This document shows positions 14,901 through 26,600 of a stretch of DNA of 55,679 bases, one piece after another. The translations under genes and the position numbers were made by a program. The notes beneath the pieces are model-generated. The model searched no databases. It worked only from the letters and a program-made list of their open reading frames with translations, and had not been told where the DNA came from. This DNA comes from Octopus sinensis (lineage: Eukaryota). The stretch is taken from NCBI RefSeq assembly GCF_006345805.1, contig NW_021834824.1:1-55679 (forward strand), written 5' to 3'. Every line of letters starts with the position of its first letter. Within the stretch, counting starts at the first letter, position 1.

Positions 14901-15036
14901 TGTATGTGTGCGTGTACACACAGGATAGAGAGATGGACAGACAGAAATAGATAGATAGATAGATAGATAGACAGATAGACAGACGGACAGACAGACAGAC
15001 AGATAGATAGTTAGATAGATAGACAGATAGATAGAC

Positions 15037-15095
<59 letters not shown>

Positions 15096-15174
15096 CAGAC
15101 AGGCAGAGAGACAGTCAGTCAGTCACAGCCAGACGGACGGACGGACAGACAGACAGAAAGGCAGACAGTCAGTC

Positions 15175-15271
<97 letters not shown>

Positions 15272-15337
15272 TCACAGGGAACAGGTTGACAAAGAGATAG
15301 GCAGAAACAGAAACACAGAGAGAGAGAGAGTGAGGGT

Positions 15338-15368
<31 letters not shown>

Positions 15369-15380
15369 GAAGGGAGATCG
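14820..15380. repeat. (TG)n, (GATA/GACA)n and (GA)n microsatellites
   Basis: Direct reading. Confidence 0.9.
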
Positions 15381-16071
15381 AGAAGCCCAAATACATTCAG
15401 TATTAAAACATTACTTCAATGAAATCACTTGAAGGAACTTCAATAGTTACCAAGCTAATTACATTGGCATTAGACCTGTGATGATTGGCAGTGGTGTGTT
15501 TGTCTTATATTTATCTCACTTAATTCTTGTTTACCAATGATTCAAACACAATACGATAATCCCCCTCGAAATTTCCTGTGAGGCTTTCTGTACATTTTAA
15601 TATGTTATTTCAATGTTTATGGTTTGGGGGTTACTTTTTTTTTCTTCACCGAAGGGCGAGGACATTGCAATGTTGCTTAATCTTTGCGATTAAAAGGCAG
15701 AACGTTTTTTTGTGGCATCTGTGTGTGTGGGGGGGGGGGGTAAGGTAAGGAAGGCTCTGAAGTTTTTGAGTGCTCGTTGGTGTATGGGCTTGTCTGTGAA
15801 GGCGTGTGCACGTGATTTTGTGTATTAGTTTGCATGTATTTGTATGCGTATGCTGGGACATCTTAGTACCAGTGTATGCATGTATGCATGTATGTATGCA
15901 TGTATATACATGTATGTATGCATACATGTATGTATGCGTACATGTATGTATATACGTGTGTATATATATATATGTGCACTTTTGCGCATATATCAGTGTT
16001 GTGCTTGTGCTTTCGTGTGTGTATAAATGTGTATGTAGGAGATATATTGAAGGACCAAAAGAGAGAAAGAG

Positions 16072-16106
<35 letters not shown>

Positions 16107-16242
16107 GAGAAAGAGAGTGTGAGAACGAGTGTTTGAGAGAGAGAGAGAGAGACAGGCAGAGAAGAGAGGGAATCAAATAAAATGTAACTGAAAAAGACAA
16201 AACATGAGAGGTGTGAATAAGAAATAATGACAGAAATTATGC

Positions 16243-16620
16243 GTGCGTATGTATTTGTGCTTGGAGGCACATGGCCTAGTGGTTAGAGCAGCGGACTCGC
16301 GGTCGAGGGATCGCGGGTTCGAATCTCAGACTGGGCGATGTGTGTGTATGTATTTGTGCGTGGAGGCACATGGCCTAGTGGTTAGAGTAGCGGACTCGCG
16401 GTTGAGGGATCGCGGGTTCGAATCTCAAACCGGTCGATGTGTGTGTATGCATTTGTGCGTGGAGGCATATGGCCTTGTGGTTAGAGCAGCGGAGTCGCGG
16501 TCGAGGGATCGCGGGTTCGAATCTCAGACCGGACGATGTGTGTGTATGTATTTGTGTGTATGTATTTCTTAAAGGCGGTTCCCCAGCATGGCTGTAGTCT
16601 AGTGACTGAAACAAGTAAGA
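16243..16620 (+). mobile_element. three tandem 99-bp tRNA-like SINE heads plus a SINE tail
   Basis: GGAGGC starts at 16263, 16362 and 16461. Each unit has A box TGGCCTAGTGG (TGGCCTTGTGG in the third) and B box GGTTCGAATC. Followed by tail AAAGGCGGTTCCCCAGCATGGC...GACTGAAACAAGTAA. Confidence 0.85.
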
Positions 16621-17296
16621 GGTAAAGGAAAATATTAAATTACAAAACTATAATAGGATTCTTTTAACATAGTATGGCTTTAGAAGGTCCATCCGAGAAA
16701 AAAAGGAATCAAAGAGGTCCATAGGTAAAAAGAAAAAAACCGTTAAGAAACACTGGTTTTGATAAAAAAACGCAATGACTTAATATACTTCGAAGCGTAA
16801 TGGAGATCATGTGATCAAGTATCATTCTACATGTAGGATTTCGAAGGAAATAATACTACAATGCGAAAATATAAGAAGAAAAAAACATCCAAGTCGTGAT
16901 TTATTTCAACAAGTATTCTGGTGCAAAAAATCTGATTTATCTTTGAGAGAAAAGTTAATGCTTGCATCTAAGGCAAAAGATTAAAAAAAAACATATCTTT
17001 TAACATCAACAAATAAAAAACAATATATGAGTAAAAAAAAAAGAACGGGAGCTCAAAGAGACATTAAAATAACAATTTGGAAAAGAGAACAACCGAAGAT
17101 AAAAATGAAGTATCTTTTAAAATGCTCGCAAAGACCTTTAAAGCGAGCAGCAAAAAGGAAAAGACAAAGCAGAGACAATCCATTTAAAGATTTAATTTAT
17201 AATTATTTTGTTTTTAGTCCAAAGCTCTGTGTGTGCGTGGGTGTGTTCGAGTGCGTGTGCGCACGAGTGTGTATATGTATATATTTATATATGTAT

Positions 17297-17348
<52 letters not shown>

Positions 17349-17899
17349 TATATAGCAGATATACATGCGTACATGCATTGATACATACATACAAACATAC
17401 ATACACACATACATACGCACACAGATACATACACACATACATACACACACAGATACATACATACATACATAATGACTCGTTTCCTAACATGCAAGATACA
17501 ACCATTTTTTTAAAACTCCACTTTGATAAACAGTATTAAAAAGTTTACATGGGTTGTCATCTATGTTGTCTGGCTCAGTTCAAACAATAATTAACTGAAA
17601 ACAGGAGTAGCCCCTGGGTGGTTTTGGTACTCTTAAAAAAAAAGCGGAACCCAGCACGCACATGAGGATATTGGCTCATGGAGAAAGCAAACAAAACTCT
17701 TTTCTTTTTCCAGCTATTATGCAAAATCCAAATGTGATGATTTCTTCCCCAATTTTGTTTTTATTTTTATTTTTATTTCTAGTTTATTTTATCGTATTCT
17801 ATTTATTCATTTATTTATTTATTCACTTACTTTTTGGCTATCGCAGTTGTTTTGCCTCGAGTTTCCTTCATTGTTCTGTTGCTGTCATCATCACGATTG

Positions 17900-18071
17900 T
17901 CGTCGACATCGTCATCATCATCATCATCATCTTCATCGTCGTCGTTGTCTTCGTCATCGACGTCGTCGTCTTCATCATCCTCATTATCACCATCGCCTCC
18001 ACCACCATCTCTAAAACAACCACCACTACCAACACTACAATAAGCACCACCACTATCACTACCACCACCAC

Positions 18072-18110
<39 letters not shown>

Positions 18111-18131
18111 GTAATAATAATAGTAATAGTA

Positions 18132-18179
<48 letters not shown>

Positions 18180-18200
18180 GTAATAATAATAGTAATAGTA

Positions 18201-18234
<34 letters not shown>

Positions 18235-18305
18235 GTATAGTAATAGTAATATAATAATAATAATAATAATAATAATATATAATAATAATAATAATAGTAA
18301 TAGTA

Positions 18306-18364
<59 letters not shown>

Positions 18365-18528
18365 TAATAATAATAATAAAATAATAATATAATAATAATA
18401 ATAATAATAATAATAGTAATAATAATAATAATAATAATATAATAATAATAAAATAATAATAATAATAATAGTAATAATAAAAAGCCATCATCGTCTCCAT
18501 ACTCACATGGTGATGTCCATTATTATTC

Positions 18529-18562
<34 letters not shown>

Positions 18563-18590
18563 CACTACTACTACTACTATTACTACTTAG
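17900..18590. repeat. (CAT)n, (AAT)n and (TAC)n trinucleotide microsatellite block
   Basis: Direct reading. Confidence 0.9.
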
Positions 18591-18759
18591 CTGCTCTGTT
18601 TATTCACAGCTCAACCGAAAAATAATTATTTGACAAATTACACATACACACATATACATATACACTCGCATACATACATATACATACACATACGTACGCA
18701 TACAGACACACATACACACACATATGTATATGTATATGTATAGATATATATGTATATAT

Positions 18760-18808
<49 letters not shown>

Positions 18809-19182
18809 GTATATATATATATGTATGTATGTATGTATAACTTTGTATATATAATGTGTGTGGGTGTTTGTATCTTGTTTGAAGTTCTTTTAAGTGTCCC
18901 CCAAACAAATGGCTGTGATAACTTTTCCCACTCATTCACTATTTTTTAAATGAGAAAACCATGTCACAGAATCCTGGCTTGATTTCCATTCCGAACAAAA
19001 CAAGCAAACTTTTACAATGATACTTTCTGTAGAGAATGGTTTTACAAACACACGTGCGCATACGCGCGCGAACACGCACACGCACACACAGAAGTTAGTA
19101 TGTATGTATATGTATAAGTGTATATGTACACATACTTATATATACATGTATATACTTGTATATATAAATATATATACACGTA

Positions 19183-19583
19183 GGCGTAGGAGTAGCTGTG
19201 TGGTAAGTAGCTTGTTTACGATCCACATTGTTCCGGGTTCAGTCCCACTGCGTGACACCTTGGGCAAGTGTCTTCTACTATAGCCTCGGATCGACCAAAG
19301 CCTTGTGAGTGGAGTTGGTAGACAGAAACTGGAAGAAGCCCGTCGTATATATGTATATGTATATATGTGAGTGTGTATATGTTTGTGTGTCTGTGTTTGC
19401 CCACCCCCAACATCGCTGACAACCGTGATTTTACGTCACCGTAACTTAGCGGTTCGGCAAAAGAGACGATAGAATAAGTACTAGGCTTGCTAAGAATAAG
19501 TCCTGGGTCGATTTGATCGACTAAAGGCGATGCTCCAGCATGGCCACAGTCAAATGACTGAAACAAGTAAAAGCGTAAAAGAG
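19183..19583 (+). mobile_element. SINE family A, full length
   Basis: Head with A/B-box-like motifs, ACCTTGGGCAAGTG, internal microsatellite, GTAAAAGAG tail. Confidence 0.85.
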
Positions 19584-19672
19584 TATACACATTCATACGT
19601 ATATATAATTACAGATTTATATGATATACATAAATGTGTGTGTGTATTATACACATAGATACACACACACAT

Positions 19673-19712
<40 letters not shown>

Positions 19713-20086
19713 TCATGTACGTATAAGTGTATATACATGTGTGTATGTATTAACTCTTTTTTTCCAACACTTCCCCTGCTCCCAAAGGTCGTTCAGTATT
19801 TGTTTGTCCTTATTTTCTTCCCATTCTTTTTAATATTATCTTAAACCGTCTTCAGAGTATGAATCGGTGGAGCATCTGACAAAATACATTGTAGTTTTTT
19901 TTTTTGCTACAGTATTTATGTTCTCAGTTCATAAAATGCTGGTGCTTAATTTTTCCGCTTCTCATTTGGAATCGACTAAATTAAATACTATAGACACAAG
20001 GCTCGAGTAAATCAAAGACACATATAGTCAGCACACACAAAAAGAAAACATTATTATTTTGTGACTTATTTGTTTCTATGTTTGAA

Positions 20087-20570
20087 TCGGTATTATTATA
20101 CCTGAGAAGGTATAATAATACCGAAATATGTCCTGAGAAGATATAATAATACCGAAAAGGCGGCGAACTGGCAGAAACGTTAGCACGCCGGGCGAAGTGC
20201 TTAGCGGTATTTCGTCTGCCGTTACGTTGTGAGTTCAAATTCCGCCGAGGTCGACTTTGCCTTTCATCCTTTCGGGGTCGATAAATTAAGTACCAGTTAC
20301 GCACTGGGGTCGATGTAATCGACTTAATACCTATATATGTCCTTGTTTGTCCCCTCTGTGTTTAGCCCCTTGTGGGTAATAAAGAAATAGGTATAATAAT
20401 ACCGAAACATGTCTTGAGAAGGTATAGTAATACCGAAACATGTTCTGAGAAGGTATAATAATACCGAAACATGTTCTGAGAAGGTATAATAATACCGAAA
20501 CATGTCTTGAGAAGATATAATAATACCGAAACATGTCTTGAGAAGGTATAATAATACAGAAACGTGTCCT
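20087..20570 (+). repeat. 31-bp minisatellite interrupted by a SINE
   Basis: Unit (C/T)TGAGAAGGTATAATAATACCGAAACATGT(C/T); ACCGAAAC at 20401, 20432, 20463, 20494 and 20525. Confidence 0.9.
20157..20389 (+). mobile_element. SINE family B, full length, inserted in the minisatellite
   Basis: Intact head and core; TATAATAATACCGAA repeated on both sides. Confidence 0.9.
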
Positions 20571-20992
20571 GGGTTCGCACCGTAGCAATCAAATATCAGG
20601 CTCAGATCTTCACCTTTCGTACTTTAATTCAATACTTAATCAATCCAGCTGTTGGAAGCTGAAATAACTTAAATAAATTAGGAATTTATATTATGTGATA
20701 TTTGATATGCCTGCAATTGTCTATATTGTTCGTATACATGTCACTGGCCCCTATGACTTATTTATCTTTTTTTAATTTATGTAAATTATGTAGGCCAAGA
20801 ATATGTTTTACTCCTTTTGCATATGTCAAAGTTCCTTGGTTACTAGAGATAGGGTAAGGCAATTGTTGTGCTAATGACGCCTATTGAGGCAGAAACGCAT
20901 GTACTAGATTATCCTCTTCTCTCCAAGCAATAAGCCCATTGTTTTCCTTCGTGGCATGTCAGCTTTGGGGAAATTCTTGACTCTTGAGATTA

Positions 20993-21310
20993 TCTCAGCA
21001 TCTCACATGGAGCTAGTCGCAATTGTCAATCGTAATGCATGCTCAAGATTCGGAGTTAATTTTAATAAATCTAGAATTTATATTGGGTGGTATTTGATAT
21101 ACCTAATTCTTTTAGCTCGTTCTTGTTTAACAAACACATGCATATACATACACATGTACATTCACATACACACGCACCCACATATATACACACTCACAAA
21201 CACACACATTTACATATACTCACATACGTACATACACACAGATACATACATACATACATACATACATACATACATACATACAAACGTACGTACGTACGTA
21301 CGTACATACA

Positions 21311-21340
<30 letters not shown>
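20993..21340 (+). repeat. host segment A, donor of an inverted duplication
   Basis: Reverse complement of 23304-23669; identical translations in ORFs 20956.. and 22522... Confidence 0.95.
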
Positions 21341-21344
<4 letters not shown>

Positions 21345-21416
21345 CATACTCACATACATACATACATTCATGCATACATACATATATACATACTCACATA
21401 CATACATACATTCATG

Positions 21417-21448
<32 letters not shown>

Positions 21449-21477
21449 CATACATACATACATACATACATACATAC

Positions 21478-21725
21478 AGAAACAGGGAAAATGAAAACGC
21501 CTACGCCGAACCGTTGAGAAATCTACTGTTACTCTACCCAGATTACAAGTTCAGGTCACTAACTGTAATTATTGAGACACTAGGATATGTAACACATTGC
21601 CTAAATACCAATCTTGAGAGATTAAACTTTTTAAAACCAGAAAAGAGAAAGCTGATTTGATGACTACAGATCCAAGCCATCAGTGGAACTGTAAAAATCT
21701 GTAAAATTTTCCAGTAGTTTATCAT
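21478..21725 (+). pseudogene. RLE-type LINE C-terminal fragment
   Basis: YAEPLRNLLLLYPDYKFRSLTVIIETLGYV...LQIQAISGTVKICKIF resembles the C-terminus of R4/CRE-type ORFs. Confidence 0.55.
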
Positions 21726-21896
21726 TTAAGTAAATATGAACATGTCTAGACATGCAACTATATGTATAAGAAAACATACATATAGCAAAGCATACAAATC
21801 TGCATATATATACATACATACATACCTTGATAATGTTGAAACTCCAATGAAGTAGCCTCGGATCTAGGTTAGAAACAGGCTCTTTCTCTATTGGCA

Positions 21897-21940
<44 letters not shown>

Positions 21941-21942
<2 letters not shown>

Positions 21943-23303
21943 ATAAAACGGTAAGATAACAAAAGAAAGAAAAAGACCTCAATATTATGTAAATAGAGGA
22001 AATTTATCTATACATATGTTACATTACTCGGTAGTCAAGATAAAACTCTGAGTTTCAGATGCCGAAGTGGAAATCCACAACACCATCTCTTCGGTTATCT
22101 GGCTATTTGAAAACGTTATGAAAAAATACCGTTAAAAATTAAGGGAAATTACTCTGTTATAACTCTGCTTTGCCTGCGTACTTATACATCGCTCGCATTT
22201 TTCGTCATAAAAATTATATAAAAATACATAAAAATATATAAAAATATATAAAAATATATAAAATCTTCTTGGGACATAACACAGAAAGCATGTTCTATCC
22301 GTTTTCTTTAGGGGACCAAAAACGTAACAGAAATTTAGTCACATGTGGGCATGATCCGAAAAACTCTGTCCTTGTATTTAGACATGTGGTAGGGTCTAAG
22401 CTGCTTTTCCAGATAAACCATCTCTCCATGTCGCATAAACCGCACCTTCCGCTGCCGTTAGTATAGGGCTTACATCTGGCCAAAATCTTCCATTGTATGT
22501 TATAATCGACACCTTTATCTCTTAAAGACCAAATATGATTGGATAATTGTGTCGCTTTTTTCTTTTGTTCCAGTGCCTAAAGCTCAAAGTGTGGTTATTG
22601 AACCTGGCCTTGAAATTACCCTCTGTCAGGCCCACGTATTTCTTCGTCGAAACGGTGTCTTTAGTGGTTATAGAGTTTACGGTAGCTTCATATATGATGG
22701 TCTTGGACATGCAAGCTCCATTTAGCGGGCACAATTCTTTATTCCTGCATGAACAGCTGTTTTCTTCTTGTGTTTTTTGTATGTTATGATTGATTATGTT
22801 TTTAAAATTGGTAGTTGAACTAAAACTAATTTTTAAATTGTGTCTATTGAAGAGTTTCCTATAAGCATGGTTAACTGGAAAATGTCTATCTATCAGTGCT
22901 AGGAAATATTTACCTATATTGAAGGCCACCTCGGGTGAGTAAGGGGGCGTAAACCAGATGACCTTCCTATTTCTATTATTCCTTTTCCTTACTGTTGGGC
23001 TGGTGATAGGTGTATATTTTATTTTTTCGCTAAAACCACTATCTTTTAAAGCTTTATTATAAACTGGGGCAACGCTATTGAAGATGTCCTCATTAGATGA
23101 GAGGCTAGAAATCCTCTTACTAATATTTTTAACTAAATTTTTGAATACTATAGGGGGATGGCATGAACCTACATTAATATAACTTAGTCTATCATTGGGC
23201 TTCCTATAAGGCTTATAAATATTATTATTGAGATCTAAGGAAACGTCTAAGAAATTGACAACCGTCAGGTTAGTGTCTATAGTTATACTAAGTCCGAAGT
23301 GTT
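21941..23303 (-). mobile_element. Penelope-like retroelement, 5'-truncated (RT C-terminus, GIY-YIG endonuclease, 3' UTR)
   Basis: NFLDVSLDL...KPYRKPND...HPP...WFTPPYS...CPLNGAC...IIYEATV...KKYVGLTEGNFKARFNNH, then after one frameshift in an A-run (~22556) ATQLSNHIWSL...CGLCDMER. The 3' end abuts (TA)n at 21899-21940. Confidence 0.93.
22038..22100 (-). ncRNA. type I hammerhead ribozyme fold in the PLE 3' UTR (variant core)
   Basis: AGAUAA-CCGAAGA-GAUG..long stem II..CAUC-U-GAAAC-UC-A-GAGU-U-UUAUCU: 6-bp stem I and palindromic stem III; U4C change and an extra U before GAAA. Confidence 0.75.
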
Positions 23304-23669
23304 TGTATGTATGTATGTATGTATGTATGTATGTATGTATGTACGTACGTACGTACGTACGTTTGTATGTATGTATGTATGTATGTATGTATGTATGTAT
23401 GTATGTATGTATGTATGTATCTGTGTGTATGTACGTATGTGAGTATATGTAAATGTGTGTGTTTGTGAGTGTGTATATATGTGGGTGCGTGTGTATGTGA
23501 ATGTACATGTGTATGTATATGCATGTGTTTGTTAAACAAGAACGAGCTAAAAGAATTAGGTATATCAAATACCACCCAATATAAATTCTAGATTTATTAA
23601 AATTAACTCCGAATCTTGAGCATGCATTACGATTGACAATTGCGACTAGCTCCATGTGAGATGCTGAGA
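23304..23669 (-). repeat. inverted copy of host segment A
   Basis: Matches 20993-21340 except for microsatellite length (13 vs 9 CATA). Confidence 0.95.
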
Positions 23670-26600
23670 CAAGGGGATTTTTTTGTAAGTAAAATTACAT
23701 TTAATTCATTAATAGCGAAACAATTGTCCCAAAATAATCTGTATTTTTGTTATTTTTTATTTGCCCTGTCCGTGTGAGCTAACAATCGTACTGACTTTCA
23801 TGGGAAACATGTATTTTTGTGGTTGAAACCTTTTGGATTAACTGGTGCTAGAGTGAGCCATATAGTGACCACTCTCTTATATTTATTTTGTAAAATATTA
23901 TAATATATTATAAAATATTATAATATCCAGGTTTCTCGGAGCACTAGGCCACTTGGTGTAGAATAGATATACTATTAAATTAGTATCTAATTCTCTCACC
24001 CTTATTAATTAATTATAATTATGCTGCATTTATTTCTAAATGCTGTATTTGTTTTCCGTGAAAATTTGGCGCGCTGTTAGTTGGGGCATTTGAATTATAA
24101 CGTCGGATGTAATCAATTGAACCACACGCGTATTTATCGTTATGGTAAAATCTGGCGTGTGATTGAGTGGATTTCATCCAGATAGTTTTGGCTTAGGAGC
24201 TACAAGTGGATTTTTTTGTAAGTAAAATTACATTTAATTCATTAATAGCGAAACAATTGTCCCAAAATAATCTGTATTTTTGTTATTTTTTATTTGCCCT
24301 GTCCGTGTGAGCTAACAATCGTACTGACTTTCATGGGAACATGTATTTTTGTGGTTGAAACCTTTTGGATTAACTGGTGCTAGAGTGAGCCATATAGTGA
24401 CCACTCTCTTATATTTATTTTGTAAAAATATTATAATATATTATAAAATATTATAATATCCAGGTTTCTCGGAGCACTAGGCCACTTGGTGTAGAATAGA
24501 TATACTATTAAGTTAGTATCTAATTCTCTCACCCTTATTAATTAATTATAATTATGCTGCATTTATTTCTAAATGCTGTATTTGTTTTCCGTGAAAATTT
24601 GGCGCGCTGTTAGTTGGGGCATTTGAATTATAACGTCGGATGTAATCAATTGAACCACACGCGTATTTATCGTTATGGTAAAATCTGGCGTGTGATTGAG
24701 TGGATTTCATCCAGATAGTTTTGGCTGAGGAGCTACAAGTGGATTTTTTTGTAAGTAAAATTACATTTAATTCATTATATAGCGAAACAATTGTCCCAAA
24801 TAATCTGTATTTTTGTTATTTTTTATTTGCCTGTCCGTGTGAGCTAACAATCGTACTGACTTTCATGGGAACATGTATTTTTGTGGTTGAAACCTTTTGG
24901 ATTAACTGGTGCTAGAGTGAGCCATATAGTGACCACTCTCTTATATTTATTTTGTAAAAATATTATAATATATTATAAAATATTATATAATCCAGGTTTC
25001 TCGGAGCACTAGGCCACTTGGTGTAGAATAGATATACTATTAAATTAGTATCTAATTCTCTCACCCTTATTAATTAATATATAATTATGCTGCATTTATT
25101 TCTAAATGCTGTATTTGTTTTCCGTGAAAATTTGGCGCGCTGTTAGTTGGGGCATTTGAATTATAACGTCGGATGTAATCAATTGAACCACACGCGTATT
25201 TATCGTTATGGTAAAATCTGGCGTGTGATTGAGTGGATTTCATCCAGATAGTTTTGGCTGAGGAGCTACAAGTGGATTTTTTTGTAAGTAAAATTACATT
25301 TAATTCATTAATAGCGAAACAATTGTCCCAAAATAATCTGTATTTTTGTTATTTTTTATTTGCCCTGTCCGTGTGAGCTAACAATCGTACTGACTTTCAT
25401 GGGAAACATGTATTTTTGTGGTTGAAACCTTTTGGATTAACTGGTGCTAGAGTGAGCCATATAGTGACCACTCTCTTATATTTATTTTGTAAAAATATTA
25501 TAATATATTATAAAATATTATAATAATCCAGGTTTCTCGGAGCACTAGGCCACTTGGTGTAGAATAGATATACTATTAAATTAGTATCTAATTCTCTCAC
25601 CCTTATTAATTAATTATAATTATGCTGCATTTATTTCTAAATGCTGTATTTGTTTTCCGTGAAAATTTGGCGCGCTGTTAGTTGGGGCATTTGAATTATA
25701 ACGTCGGATGTAATCAATTGAACCACACGCGTATTTATCGTTATGGTAAAATCTGGCGTGTGATTGAGTGGATTTCATCCAGATAGTTTTGGCTGAGGAG
25801 CTACAAGTGGATTTTTTTGTAAGTAAAATTACATTTAATTCATTAATAGCGAAACAATTGTCCCAAAATAATCTGTATTTTTGTTATTTTTTATTTGCCC
25901 TGTCCGTGTGAGCTAACAATCGTACTGACTTTCATGGGAAACATGTATTTTTGTGGTTGAAACCTTTTGGATTAACTGGTGCTAGAGTGAGCCATATAGT
26001 GACCACTCTCTTATATTTATTTTGTAAAAATATTATATATATTATAAAATATTATAATAATCCAGGTTTCTCGAGCACTAGGCCACTTGGTGTAGAATAG
26101 ATATACTATTAAGTTAGTATCTAATTCTCTCACCCTTATTAATTAATTATAATTATGCTGCATTTATTTCTAAATGCTGTATTTGTTTTCCGTGAAAATT
26201 TGGCGCGCTGTTAGTTGGGGCATTTGAATTATAACGTCGGATGTAATCAATTGAACCACACGCGTATTTATCGTTATGGTAAAATCTGGCGTGTGATTGA
26301 GTGGATTTCATCCAGATAGTTTTGGCTGAGGAGCTACAAGTGGATTTTTTTGTAAGTAAAATTACATTTAATTCATTAATAGCGAAACAATTGTCCCAAA
26401 ATAATCTGTATTTTTGTTATTTTTTATTTGCCCTGTCCGTGTGAGCTAACAATCGTACTGACTTTCATGGGAAACATGTATTTTTGTGGTTGAAACCTTT
26501 TGGATTAACTGGTGCTAGAGTGAGCCATATAGTGACCACTCTCTTATATTTATTTTGTAAAAATATTATAATATATTATAAAATATTATAATAATCTCCA

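Noticed and set aside
16263-16540. Three tRNA genes
   Set aside because: A and B boxes are present but the anticodon and acceptor stems do not pair; these are SINE heads.
23305-23655. N-terminal part of the 377-aa ORF 22522..23655
   Set aside because: Chance in-frame read through inverted host DNA and (CATA)n; only the part from ~23300 downward is PLE protein.
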